A stretch of 64,000 bases of DNA, taken from positions 6,769-70,768 of the forward strand of contig DASXTQ010000042.1 of the NCBI GenBank assembly GCA_036505295.1, given 5' to 3'. Numbering within the stretch: the stretch's first letter is position 1; each line of letters begins with the position of its first letter. A program made the translations under genes and the position numbers. The notes under the pieces were generated by a model that saw only the letters and a program-made list of their open reading frames with translations, did not search any database and had not been told where the DNA came from. This document shows positions 44,964-53,739 of this stretch, one piece after another. This DNA comes from Candidatus Eiseniibacteriota bacterium (GTDB lineage Bacteria; Eisenbacteria; RBG-16-71-46; SZUA-252).

Positions 44964-47168
44964 TTGCGAGCGCATTGCCCTGAATCTGGTCACGCCCCAG
45001 AGGTAACAGGTCGGATCGGCGCCCTCAAGCTCGATGCATTCGCAGGACTGGGTCGTTGGCGAGAACTGGTTGCGCTCGGCTCCACCTTGATCGCCGGTTT
45101 AACCTCAAACCGAGAAAGCGAGGCCCTGGGTCGCGTTCACGGACTTACGGGCTTCGGCTATCTGAGACTTGGTGAAATGCGTCTGGCCGAACGCCACCTT
45201 CGAGCCGCCATTCACGTCTACACATGGGATTTGGATGACCTGCCTGCGGCGCTTCGTCAACAGCGGCGACTTTCACTTCTGTACCTCAGTTTGGGTCTCC
45301 TACGCCAATCCTGTTCTGAAATGGAGACCGCCATAGAGATTTCCGATAAGAATTCATGCACATCGGAATCTGGCATCCTGCGGGTCAACCTAGCCGTAGC
45401 GATGAGTAAGCTTGGTACCTTGGAGAAGGTACCCAAATACCTCGACGAGGCGGATGAACTCCTCAGGAGCGCTTCCCGCAAGAAATGGCTCTTGCTTTCA
45501 GCCCTCGTTCGGGCGAATTACCTACGCATCACAGGGCACCCCACGAAGGCGCTCGAAATCCTCGTGCCCGCACTTCAGATGACACGTGAGCAGCGTTACT
45601 CGCGTGAAGAGGCAATTGCTCTCGAATACATCGGCGATTGTTACCTCGCGAAGAGAGATTACAAGCAGGCGCTGGAGCAGTATGAAGGCGCGCTCAAGAT
45701 TGCGGAAGTGACCGCTCCTGATGGCGACCTTATACCCGAACTGAGCCACCGGATGGGCGAGACGTTCATCCGCCTCGGCGATCCGAACGCCGCGATTCTA
45801 CTTTGTGAGCGTGGATTCCGCGTGGCCCGAGCTTTGGGCGATCGGTACGAAGAATGTGCGACCCATCGCGTCTACGCCATGGCGCATCGTGCCGCGGGGA
45901 ATCCCAAGAAGGCGCTCCGTATCGTTGATGAAGGAATCGATCTTGGCAGACAGTACGATATTCCATACGAACTCGGCCGGGCGCTCACATGGGCAGGTGA
46001 GACGCGGTTGCAAGAGCTGGGCCCCGATGAGCAAGCACACGGTAGGCAGCAACTCTGGGAAGCGCGCGCGATATTCGAACGCATGGGACTGCTACCTTGG
46101 GTTCGATCGGTAGATCGCCTGCTCGGATTTGAATCCCAGCCCGAGGCTGCTCTCGATCAGCCGAGCATATCCGCGCTGGATAATCTCGGTGACCTTGATC
46201 GGGGTGCGCTTCGCTTCGGCATCGTTACTTGCAATCGTAAGGTTCGCGAAGCCGTGGAAATTCTGCAGAGCGTCGCACCGAGCCAGATTCCTGTCCTTAT
46301 CACGGGCGAGAGCGGAGTGGGTAAAGAGCTACTTGCTCAGGCGCTCCATCAGATGGGTCCTCGTCGAAAGGAACCCTTCGTACCGGTGAACTGTGGGGCC
46401 ATCTCGGTCAATCTTCTCGATAGCGAATTCTTCGGACATGAACGAGGGGCGTTTACCGGTGCCATTTCGTCCCGTGAGGGTCTGCTCGCCTCCTCCGACA
46501 AGGGGACCCTGTTTCTCGACGAGGTCGGGGAGCTTCCCTCACAAGTTCAGGCCGCCCTACTTCGGGTGTTGGAGACCGGCGAGTTGCGTGCGGTCGGACG
46601 GGACGACGTTAGGAAAATCGAGCTTCGAATCGTTGCGGCTACCAACACGAGGCTTGAGGATCTTGTCGATCGCGGGCTCTTCCGCCAGGACCTCTTCTAC
46701 AGACTCAACGGCATTCGCGTCACAATTCCTCCGCTCCGCGAGCGTGAAGAAGACATAAGGGCATTGTTCCGCTACTTCTGGTCCCAAGCGACCACGGCTG
46801 CAAAGAAGCGCCTCACGATCGAGGACGGCGTCGAGACGGTGCTCTGCGCGTATGACTGGCCCGGTAACGTGCGAGAGCTTCGGCACGAGATCGCTCGCGT
46901 CGTCGCGCTCGCACCCGATAGGTCATTGGTTCGAGGTGAGTCGTTCTTGCCCCAAGTCCAGCGAAAGGACATCGCCTCTCTTCGTCGGGATCGCGAACGG
47001 CGTGATGAAGTGGCGGAGGAACGGTTGCAGATTCTATCGGCTTTGCGCGCCCATCGCGGGAACAAGGCTGAGGCCGCCCGGAGCCTGGGAGGGATGAAAC
47101 GCACCACTCTGATCTACAAAATCGAGCGCTTGGGAATCCGACCCGAGGAGTACCAAGTTAAGGAATAG
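44964..47168 (+). CDS. Sigma54-dependent transcriptional activator (bEBP) with N-terminal TPR-like sensor domain instead of a receiver domain
   Basis: AAA+ sigma54-interaction domain (GESGVGKE, GAFTGA, ...VRELR). C-terminal Fis-type HTH. N-terminal about 400 aa of TPR-like repeats. 5' end probably continues upstream in another frame (see findings). Confidence 0.8.
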   Translation: MRAHCPESGHAPEVTGRIGALKLDAFAGLGRWRELVALGSTLIAGLTSNRESEALGRVHGLTGFGYLRLGEMRLAERHLRAAIHVYTWDLDDLPAALRQQRRLSLLYLSLGLLRQSCSEMETAIEISDKNSCTSESGILRVNLAVAMSKLGTLEKVPKYLDEADELLRSASRKKWLLLSALVRANYLRITGHPTKALEILVPALQMTREQRYSREEAIALEYIGDCYLAKRDYKQALEQYEGALKIAEVTAPDGDLIPELSHRMGETFIRLGDPNAAILLCERGFRVARALGDRYEECATHRVYAMAHRAAGNPKKALRIVDEGIDLGRQYDIPYELGRALTWAGETRLQELGPDEQAHGRQQLWEARAIFERMGLLPWVRSVDRLLGFESQPEAALDQPSISALDNLGDLDRGALRFGIVTCNRKVREAVEILQSVAPSQIPVLITGESGVGKELLAQALHQMGPRRKEPFVPVNCGAISVNLLDSEFFGHERGAFTGAISSREGLLASSDKGTLFLDEVGELPSQVQAALLRVLETGELRAVGRDDVRKIELRIVAATNTRLEDLVDRGLFRQDLFYRLNGIRVTIPPLREREEDIRALFRYFWSQATTAAKKRLTIEDGVETVLCAYDWPGNVRELRHEIARVVALAPDRSLVRGESFLPQVQRKDIASLRRDRERRDEVAEERLQILSALRAHRGNKAEAARSLGGMKRTTLIYKIERLGIRPEEYQVKE

Positions 47169-47509
47169 GTCGTCCCGAGAGGGCAGTCGCCACCCGCCTT
47201 TGTCCTCAATCTATTGCCGCTGAATAGATTATCCCCGATTTCTTGGGGTCAATGACCCCGACCGCCGCGTGAGCCAATTCTCGCTTTTTCTGGCTCTCAC
47301 GAGCCAGTCTGCCTAAGCCATTGTTCCGTATCAGGTAAGCCTCGATAACGGAGCCGCATCACGCTGTCCCCCGTTCATGTGGGGGAGATTCCCCCAATCT
47401 TTCCCACGGTCATCAGGCTGGCAGATTTTTGGCCGATTAGGGTGGTCCGTAAGTAACTGACTAGCAGCAAGTTGTGTTTGTCCGCGTCAAACCCGCTTCC
47501 GACGCCCTG

Positions 47510-47524
47510 TGGCACCTGCGTTGC
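47510..47524 (+). promoter_or_regulatory. Sigma54 (RpoN) -24/-12 promoter TGGCAC-N5-TTGC, 58 nt upstream of the lipoprotein ATG
   Basis: ctgTGGCACctgcgTTGCcctat is a perfect consensus match. Located directly downstream of the bEBP gene. Confidence 0.65.
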
Positions 47525-47581
47525 CCTATTGGCTGGCCAGGAATGAGGGCCACGGAGGGCGGTGAAACAAGGAGGCGGGCA

Positions 47582-47785
47582 ATGGAACGGACCAGGAACT
47601 TGAAAAACGGACTCAAGGCAGCGACGGTGGCGTTCTTCCTCGCGGCAGCTCTTCTCTCCACGGGTTGCAGCAACAACGCGCTGATGAACCCGCAGCCAGA
47701 CTTGGGCGCGCAGGGCAGCCAGACGGCGCACCCGACGGGTGGAAACGAACTCAACCCGACTGGCGGTAACGAGCTGAATCCGTAG
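47582..47785 (+). CDS. Small lipoprotein with tandem PTGGNELN repeats
   Basis: AAGGAGG RBS. Lipobox LLSTGC. C-terminal two exact 24-bp/8-aa repeats. Confidence 0.65.
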   Translation: MERTRNLKNGLKAATVAFFLAAALLSTGCSNNALMNPQPDLGAQGSQTAHPTGGNELNPTGGNELNP

Positions 47786-47791
47786 GCCCCG

Positions 47792-50700
47792 TCAAGATAC
47801 GGGCGCCTTTGGAGTGATCGCCGACAGAGTGGAGGACACATGAGGACTCCCGAGGTAGGTCTTGCGGTCGTCAGCATTGAGTCTACCGGCAATCTCTCGG
47901 ATGATCCTCAGAGCATGGGTCGAACGCGATTGCGCGGCCCTTACGTCCCCGCGTTGGGAAGCAAGCCTTCCCAATGCATAGCTCATTTTCCACGCGGCCT
48001 CCAACACTCCAGCAGTTTCCGCGTAGGCGAGAGCGCGCTCCATCGTCGGCACCAAGACGCTGGCACTGTCGATGTAGGGGTTCTCAGTTATGATCTCAGC
48101 CAGGGCTACACCTCCATGGATCTGGATGAGAACGAGACCTTGGGATTCGGCATTCAGAATCAGGCTGATGATCGCCCCTACCGCAGCATTTGGATCAAGT
48201 TTGGAATTCAACCTCTGCATTTCGATCTGGACCCCAGGTAGATCCTCCCAGTCCAACGTTTCGAGCAAGGCTTTCTCGGCCTTCGCGAGGAAACTCCTCG
48301 CTGCTTCTGGATCGCCCTGAATCGACGCAATTCTCCCGAGTAACCAATCCAACCTGGGCTTTACTTCAAGCGAGCCGTAATCATTCACAATTCGCTGAGC
48401 ATCCCGCACCAGCGTCTCCGCTTCGGCATATGAGCCAATGTGAAACAAGGTCAAAGCTTCCAGCTCCATAGCTTTGGCCATTTGGCCGAGGTCGTTCAAC
48501 GCCTCAGCCGTAGCCCTTCCGTGCCGCGCCATGTCGATCGCCTCCATATACTCAGCAAGGAGGATCCGGTTGATGGCAGCCCCTGAACAGGCGGCAACGA
48601 ATTCGAATGCACTTCCCATACGGACCGCCCAACGAGACGACAACGCGTGCTGATCAACCGCTTCGCGGATTCTGCCGAGTGCGTATAGGATTCCGCCACG
48701 ATTGGAGAGGATGCGAGCCTTGAATGAGTCGTAGCCGGACCTCTCCGCGATATCCCATGCTTCTGTGATCCAATCCAGTGATTCTGGCACCTTGCTTGAA
48801 TAGAACGCAGCTGTTGAAAGGGCATTGCAGATACGCATCCGCCAGTAATCGTTACAGTTGAATTCGAGCCCTCTTTCCAGGATCCGTGTGGCTTCTGCAC
48901 GCTCTCCCGTCCGTACCAGCGCTGCCCCAAGCCCATATGTCAGGGAGGCCAACTCATCATCGATGCCGGGCGTGCCCTCGTAAAGCTCCAGGATCTTGCG
49001 AATCCTCTCTATCGCTGCACGCCGAGTCTCACCCCCTCGGTGCCGCCACTCTATCTCTGCGAGTCCCGCGTGGCTGCGCAGAAGCAAGACGGGATCAGGA
49101 TTCCCACGTGCGAGATCTATCGCGCTTGAAAACCGCACGCCGGCCTCATCTAGTCTCCCCAACGATGCGAATATGACGCCCAATTGGTACTCACGTGATG
49201 CCCTTAGCGGCCCGGAATCTGGTTCGGTCTCCCAGGGAAATTGCTCGCGCAGATAAGACTCTGCTCGTTTGTCATCGCCGGCCTTATGGAGAATCTCGGA
49301 AAGCATTAGGGATACTTCGCGCGCCAATTTGATGTCCTTGGTTTCAGTTACGATTCCAAGGCAGCGCTCAAGTCGGGAACCGGCTCGGCGATAATCCCCC
49401 CGCTTCGCAGCCTCCTCTGAGGCCCATAGGCCTTCGCGCAAGGCCCCGGAATCTGGTTGATAGGCCAAAGCGAGGTCCGCTCTTTCCTCCCTACTCAGGG
49501 GTCCATCTCCCAAGGCGAGTAGGGAGAGCGCGCAGCGCTCTCGCAGCACCTCCCCGGCCCTCTCGCGAACGACCACGCGTATACCTTCAGAAGAGATCTT
49601 CACTCGCGATCCAGACAACCTAATCCATCCCTTCGCGTGTAACCCGGCGAGTAGGTCAGGCCCCAGATCACGGTCGAATATCAATTCACTCTGGGTTGAA
49701 GGAACCCCCGAAGGCAGGATCTCTAGAGTTACGAGGGTCCGCTTCTCATTCTCGCTTAGCCGATCCCAGGCCGAAGACCAGGGATCCAGGATCCCAGGAA
49801 TCTGGATTGACTGAATTTGCTGATTCTCCCGGAAGAACCAACAGTTCTCGCGACGTGCAATGAGGTGCTGCTTGATGAGCGAAAGTATCGCGGCGCTAAG
49901 GGCCCGGCCGTTCCCACCTGAGATCTCGTTGATCTTAGAAACAAGAGGCCTTTCAAATCGGGAACCGCCCAGATATCCATTTACAAATCCAGGGATATCG
50001 ACCAGAGAAAACGGTGGCAGTATTAGTTCGCTCTCAAATGATTCGAGCTGGGTGATAGGAATTGTTGTAAGAGCGACGAGCAGTACCCTTCTTCTCTCGG
50101 ATCGCTCAAGAGAAAGGGCCCACAAGTACCGCGCTAGCGGGCGAAATACCCCAACCATCGCATCTGCATCATCGGAAGATGGCGTTGTCCAGACGATGAT
50201 AGAATCATCGCTCGCTGAGGCCCACAGTTCCTCCGCGATGCCAGCAGGGCTCTCACCGCTCTCGGTCACAGCGTTCCCCAATAGCTGACGAATCTGGACC
50301 GCCAGGGTTGAATCCGTAGCGAGAGATAATTGAACAGGCCGAGCACCCCTGGAGATCGCCCGTTGCGCGACCTCCTCCATCAGGGCCCTTTTCCCAATCC
50401 CCGGTTCCCCTGTGACATAGAGCAAAGTCGGCGTGCCGGGCTCCTCCGAGAACAGCAATCTCTCGATCTCCGCAATTTCCTTCTCGCGTCCGACGAGCTT
50501 CCCGCCAAGGATCTCACCAATGCGATCCTCGACGCCGAAGCCCTCCATGAATTCGTCGGCGCTGCCCTGCCTGAGCCCGGGCTGGCGCTCCAGCGCGCGC
50601 ATGACGACACGCTCGAGATCCACGGGCACTCGAACGCCATGCACGCCCGGCGAAGGAACCCAACCCTCGAGTTGCCCCGAGATCACTTCTCGTACGGTAC

Positions 50701-51298
50701 GTCCCTCGAAAGGATGCTTGCCGGTAAGGGCTTCATACGCCATCACGCCGACCGAATACAGATCACTCCGAACATCGGCGGGCGCGCCCTCCCAGACTTC
50801 GGGAGCCGCATACCCGGGCGTCCCGGAGAGTCCAGCCGCGGATCCGCCGCTCCCTCCCATTCCGACGTCGGTGATCTTCACGACCCCACCGGCGCCCAAC
50901 AGAATGTTTCCGGGCTTCAAGTCCCCGTGGATTTCTCCGTGGCAGTGGAGGTGCGCGAGCCCGCGTAGGAGGCTTGTCAAAATGCGCCGGACCTCATCCG
51001 CGGACTGCGGCTCGCCCATTTTCCGTACCCAATCGGCCCCCTCGATGAACTCCATCGTGTAGTAGGCCTCGCCGGAGGGCAGCGCGCCCCAGTCGAAGAC
51101 CTGGATCAGGTTCTCGTGGCGTATTTGGCGGAGGGTGTCGAACTCGCGTCGAAGGAACGCTGATTCGGCGGGTGTGACCAGCTTCAACGCAAGCTCGCGA
51201 TCGCGTATCGAGTCATAAACCCGATACACGCGGCTCGAGCCCCCCTCACCGAGGAGGGAACGGACTTCGTAACGCTTTGGAATCGACGGGGATGTCAT
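47792..51298 (-). CDS. Multidomain Ser/Thr protein kinase - AAA/STAND ATPase - TPR repeat protein
   Basis: Hanks kinase motifs (VYRVYD...ALKLV, HGDLKPGNILL, DVGMGG, GTPGYAAPE). P-loop GEPGIGKR. Extensive C-terminal TPR-like repeats. 1168 aa. Confidence 0.85.
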   Translation of the reverse strand: MTSPSIPKRYEVRSLLGEGGSSRVYRVYDSIRDRELALKLVTPAESAFLRREFDTLRQIRHENLIQVFDWGALPSGEAYYTMEFIEGADWVRKMGEPQSADEVRRILTSLLRGLAHLHCHGEIHGDLKPGNILLGAGGVVKITDVGMGGSGGSAAGLSGTPGYAAPEVWEGAPADVRSDLYSVGVMAYEALTGKHPFEGRTVREVISGQLEGWVPSPGVHGVRVPVDLERVVMRALERQPGLRQGSADEFMEGFGVEDRIGEILGGKLVGREKEIAEIERLLFSEEPGTPTLLYVTGEPGIGKRALMEEVAQRAISRGARPVQLSLATDSTLAVQIRQLLGNAVTESGESPAGIAEELWASASDDSIIVWTTPSSDDADAMVGVFRPLARYLWALSLERSERRRVLLVALTTIPITQLESFESELILPPFSLVDIPGFVNGYLGGSRFERPLVSKINEISGGNGRALSAAILSLIKQHLIARRENCWFFRENQQIQSIQIPGILDPWSSAWDRLSENEKRTLVTLEILPSGVPSTQSELIFDRDLGPDLLAGLHAKGWIRLSGSRVKISSEGIRVVVRERAGEVLRERCALSLLALGDGPLSREERADLALAYQPDSGALREGLWASEEAAKRGDYRRAGSRLERCLGIVTETKDIKLAREVSLMLSEILHKAGDDKRAESYLREQFPWETEPDSGPLRASREYQLGVIFASLGRLDEAGVRFSSAIDLARGNPDPVLLLRSHAGLAEIEWRHRGGETRRAAIERIRKILELYEGTPGIDDELASLTYGLGAALVRTGERAEATRILERGLEFNCNDYWRMRICNALSTAAFYSSKVPESLDWITEAWDIAERSGYDSFKARILSNRGGILYALGRIREAVDQHALSSRWAVRMGSAFEFVAACSGAAINRILLAEYMEAIDMARHGRATAEALNDLGQMAKAMELEALTLFHIGSYAEAETLVRDAQRIVNDYGSLEVKPRLDWLLGRIASIQGDPEAARSFLAKAEKALLETLDWEDLPGVQIEMQRLNSKLDPNAAVGAIISLILNAESQGLVLIQIHGGVALAEIITENPYIDSASVLVPTMERALAYAETAGVLEAAWKMSYALGRLASQRGDVRAAQSRSTHALRIIREIAGRLNADDRKTYLGSPHVSSTLSAITPKAPVS

Positions 51299-51398
51299 GA
51301 GAAAGGGCGCGCCTAGCCGGCCGGACGCGGAGCTAGACCCTACGCCCGGCTCGGCGAGGCGTCAACCAAGGCGCGGGCTGGCGCGGACAAGGGCTCAT

Positions 51399-51989
51399 TC
51401 ACCCGCCCGCCGCTATGGATTCAAGGCGAGCTTTGACCGCGGGCCACTCATCGTCCGTAATGCTGAAATAGACCGTGTCGCGCACGACCCCCCGGTCGCT
51501 GATCGCATGCTTACGAAGGGTACCTTCCTCCTTCGCACCAATTCGGAGAATCGCGTCTCGCGAACGACGGTTGAGCGCGTTCGTCTTGAGCTCGACGCGC
51601 CGGCAGTGCCAAGTGTCAAAGGCGTGGCTCAGCATCAGGTATTTCGCCTCGGAATTCACGTGGGTGCGCTGAAAGGTTCGGCCGACCCAAGTCCATCCGA
51701 TCTCGACCCGGCCGTGGTTGGGCTCGATGCTGCCGAAACGGGTGCACCCGAGAACTCGCCCGGTCACGCGATCCACCGTCGCGAACGGGAGCGCCTTCCT
51801 CTCGGCCTGCGCGCGGAGCGCCTCCTCCAGATACCGCAGAAGATCGTCACGTGTGTCCACAACATTGAGCGTCCAGCGCCATAGCTCGGGATCCAGGCCG
51901 ATTTCAGCCAGCCCCTCGAAATGCCGATCGAGCGTGAGCGGCTCCAGGCGGATGCGGATGCCCTGCAGGGTTACGGGGATGATTTCCAT
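51399..51989 (-). CDS. GNAT-family N-acetyltransferase (RimJ/RimL-like)
   Basis: Start MEIIPVTLQGIRIRLEPL. Acetyltransferase-3-type core (RVELKTNALNRRSRDAILRIGAKEEG). Confidence 0.7.
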   Translation of the reverse strand: MEIIPVTLQGIRIRLEPLTLDRHFEGLAEIGLDPELWRWTLNVVDTRDDLLRYLEEALRAQAERKALPFATVDRVTGRVLGCTRFGSIEPNHGRVEIGWTWVGRTFQRTHVNSEAKYLMLSHAFDTWHCRRVELKTNALNRRSRDAILRIGAKEEGTLRKHAISDRGVVRDTVYFSITDDEWPAVKARLESIAAGG

Positions 51990-52221
51990 GGGTGGCCCGA
52001 TATAGCCAGATGCAAGGGGCAACGTCCCCATCATTTTGCGAGGCCTGGCACGCGGCAAGCCGGAACTCCAAGCCCGACAACGGGGCCGACGGCCTACCCG
52101 TCCGGCACGCGCCATGCGAATTGACCGGTGCGAGTCCCTCCCTGAAGTTGGCCACTCCAACTTCGACGGATTGACGCAAGCGTACCCTAGGCGGCAAGGC
52201 AGAAGGGAATCGGAGGAGATC

Positions 52222-52605
52222 ATGAGGACTGTACTGAGAAGCGAAGGTGGTTTCACCCTGATCGAGCTGGTGATCGTCATCGTAATCCTTGGCATTCTGG
52301 CGTCGGTCGCGATCCCGAGATACGAGGACATGCGCGAGCAGGCGCGGGTGTCCACGCTCAAGGGGCAGCTGGGTTCGATCCGCTCCGCGGTTGCGATTCA
52401 GTACGCCCGCAACGCGCTGACCAGCAGCGCCGGGTTCCCCACGCTCGACGGAACGATTTTCGCGGATGCCCGTGTCCCCAAAGAGCCGGTGATGAACTCG
52501 AACGCGGTAAAGACGACCGCCGGTGTCGACAACGCGGGTGGCTGGCAGTACACCCAGACGAGCGGCATGGTGAAGGCCAACCTGAACGCCTATTCAAGCT
52601 ACTGA
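52222..52605 (+). CDS. Type IV pilin / pseudopilin-like protein with prepilin-type N-terminal methylation motif
   Basis: GGAGG RBS. N-terminal GGFTLIELVIVIVILGILASVAIPRY (class III signal peptide, G-F-T-L-I-E). Confidence 0.75.
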   Translation: MRTVLRSEGGFTLIELVIVIVILGILASVAIPRYEDMREQARVSTLKGQLGSIRSAVAIQYARNALTSSAGFPTLDGTIFADARVPKEPVMNSNAVKTTAGVDNAGGWQYTQTSGMVKANLNAYSSY

Positions 52606-52718
52606 TAAACGCCGTCGAGGGCGCGGGCGAGCGGCGGAGCGCAGCCGTTCGCCCGATTTTTTTGCTCGCCGGACGGGGCAGGGCCACGGCATGTATCGCC
52701 CGAATGCCCCGGTGACTG

Positions 52719-53726
52719 CTACTTCCGCTTGGCGCGTTGCCCGGTGGGCGGGCCCTTGAGCGCTTCGTCCGGTCGCCTCGCGGGCCTTTGAATCACCTTC
52801 GCTACGGCCTTGGCCTCCCGCATCACGGAGAGCTGAAACACATCGGGTCGCGCGTAATGGCCAGCGACGTCGAGCATCCATCGGGCGCCCGCCAGCGTGC
52901 GCGGGTCGACTTCGGCGTAGAGGATGCCTTCCTCTTCGTGGAGTGGGCCGGCGATGAATTTTCCTTCCGGATCGATGATCGCGCTGTCCCCGGCGTTGAT
53001 CCATTGTCGCTCTTCCGGGTAGAAGCGCTTGTGTCCGTACCGGTCGGGGATGTCGTTCCGGTGAAAGGCCTGGCAGGAGTTGACCACCCACACGCCCCCT
53101 TCCCTGGCGATGTGTCGCACGGTGGAGAGCCAGGGCTCGCCGCGGTCCCAAGTCGATGCCACATGGATGCGCGAGCCCCACGCGTACATGGCGTAGCGCG
53201 CGAGCGGCATGTAGTTCTCCCAGCAGATGAGGCCGCTCATCTTGCCGATCGGCGTGTCGTAAACCTGTAACGTGCTCCCGTCCCCTTGGCCCCACATGAG
53301 ACGCTCGCCGCCGGTGGGAACGAGCTTCCGATGGCGGCCGACGAGCTTCCCCTTCGGGTCAACGAAAAGGAGCGTGTTGTAGAGCGACGCGCCGCTCGCC
53401 TCGGTGTTCCGCTCGTTCACGCCGATCACGAGAAAGACGCCGGCATCACGCGCCTCATCGCAGAGACGGCGGGTGGCTTCGCCCGGGATCTCCACCGAGT
53501 TCTCGACCAGCTCTGCGTAGAGCTCATCGATGAGGGGCTCGCGGGCAGGGAGCGTCCAGACCCAATCGGGATAACCGGGGATGAGAGCCTCCGGGAACAC
53601 GACGAGCTTCGCGCCGGCCGCGGCCGCTTCGCGCAGGTAGCGGCAGGCCTTCTCGACGGTACCCTCGCGACTCAGGAAGACGGGTGCGATCTGAACGGCG
53701 GCGATTTTGTAAGGCGCGGATGTCAC
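52719..53726 (-). CDS. Nitrilase/cyanide hydratase-family carbon-nitrogen hydrolase
   Basis: Catalytic triad context FPE ... RHRK ... GLICWEN. GTG start with GGAGG RBS immediately after the upstream gene stop. Confidence 0.75.
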   Translation of the reverse strand: MTSAPYKIAAVQIAPVFLSREGTVEKACRYLREAAAAGAKLVVFPEALIPGYPDWVWTLPAREPLIDELYAELVENSVEIPGEATRRLCDEARDAGVFLVIGVNERNTEASGASLYNTLLFVDPKGKLVGRHRKLVPTGGERLMWGQGDGSTLQVYDTPIGKMSGLICWENYMPLARYAMYAWGSRIHVASTWDRGEPWLSTVRHIAREGGVWVVNSCQAFHRNDIPDRYGHKRFYPEERQWINAGDSAIIDPEGKFIAGPLHEEEGILYAEVDPRTLAGARWMLDVAGHYARPDVFQLSVMREAKAVAKVIQRPARRPDEALKGPPTGQRAKRK

Positions 53727-53739
53727 GAGACCTCCGCCT

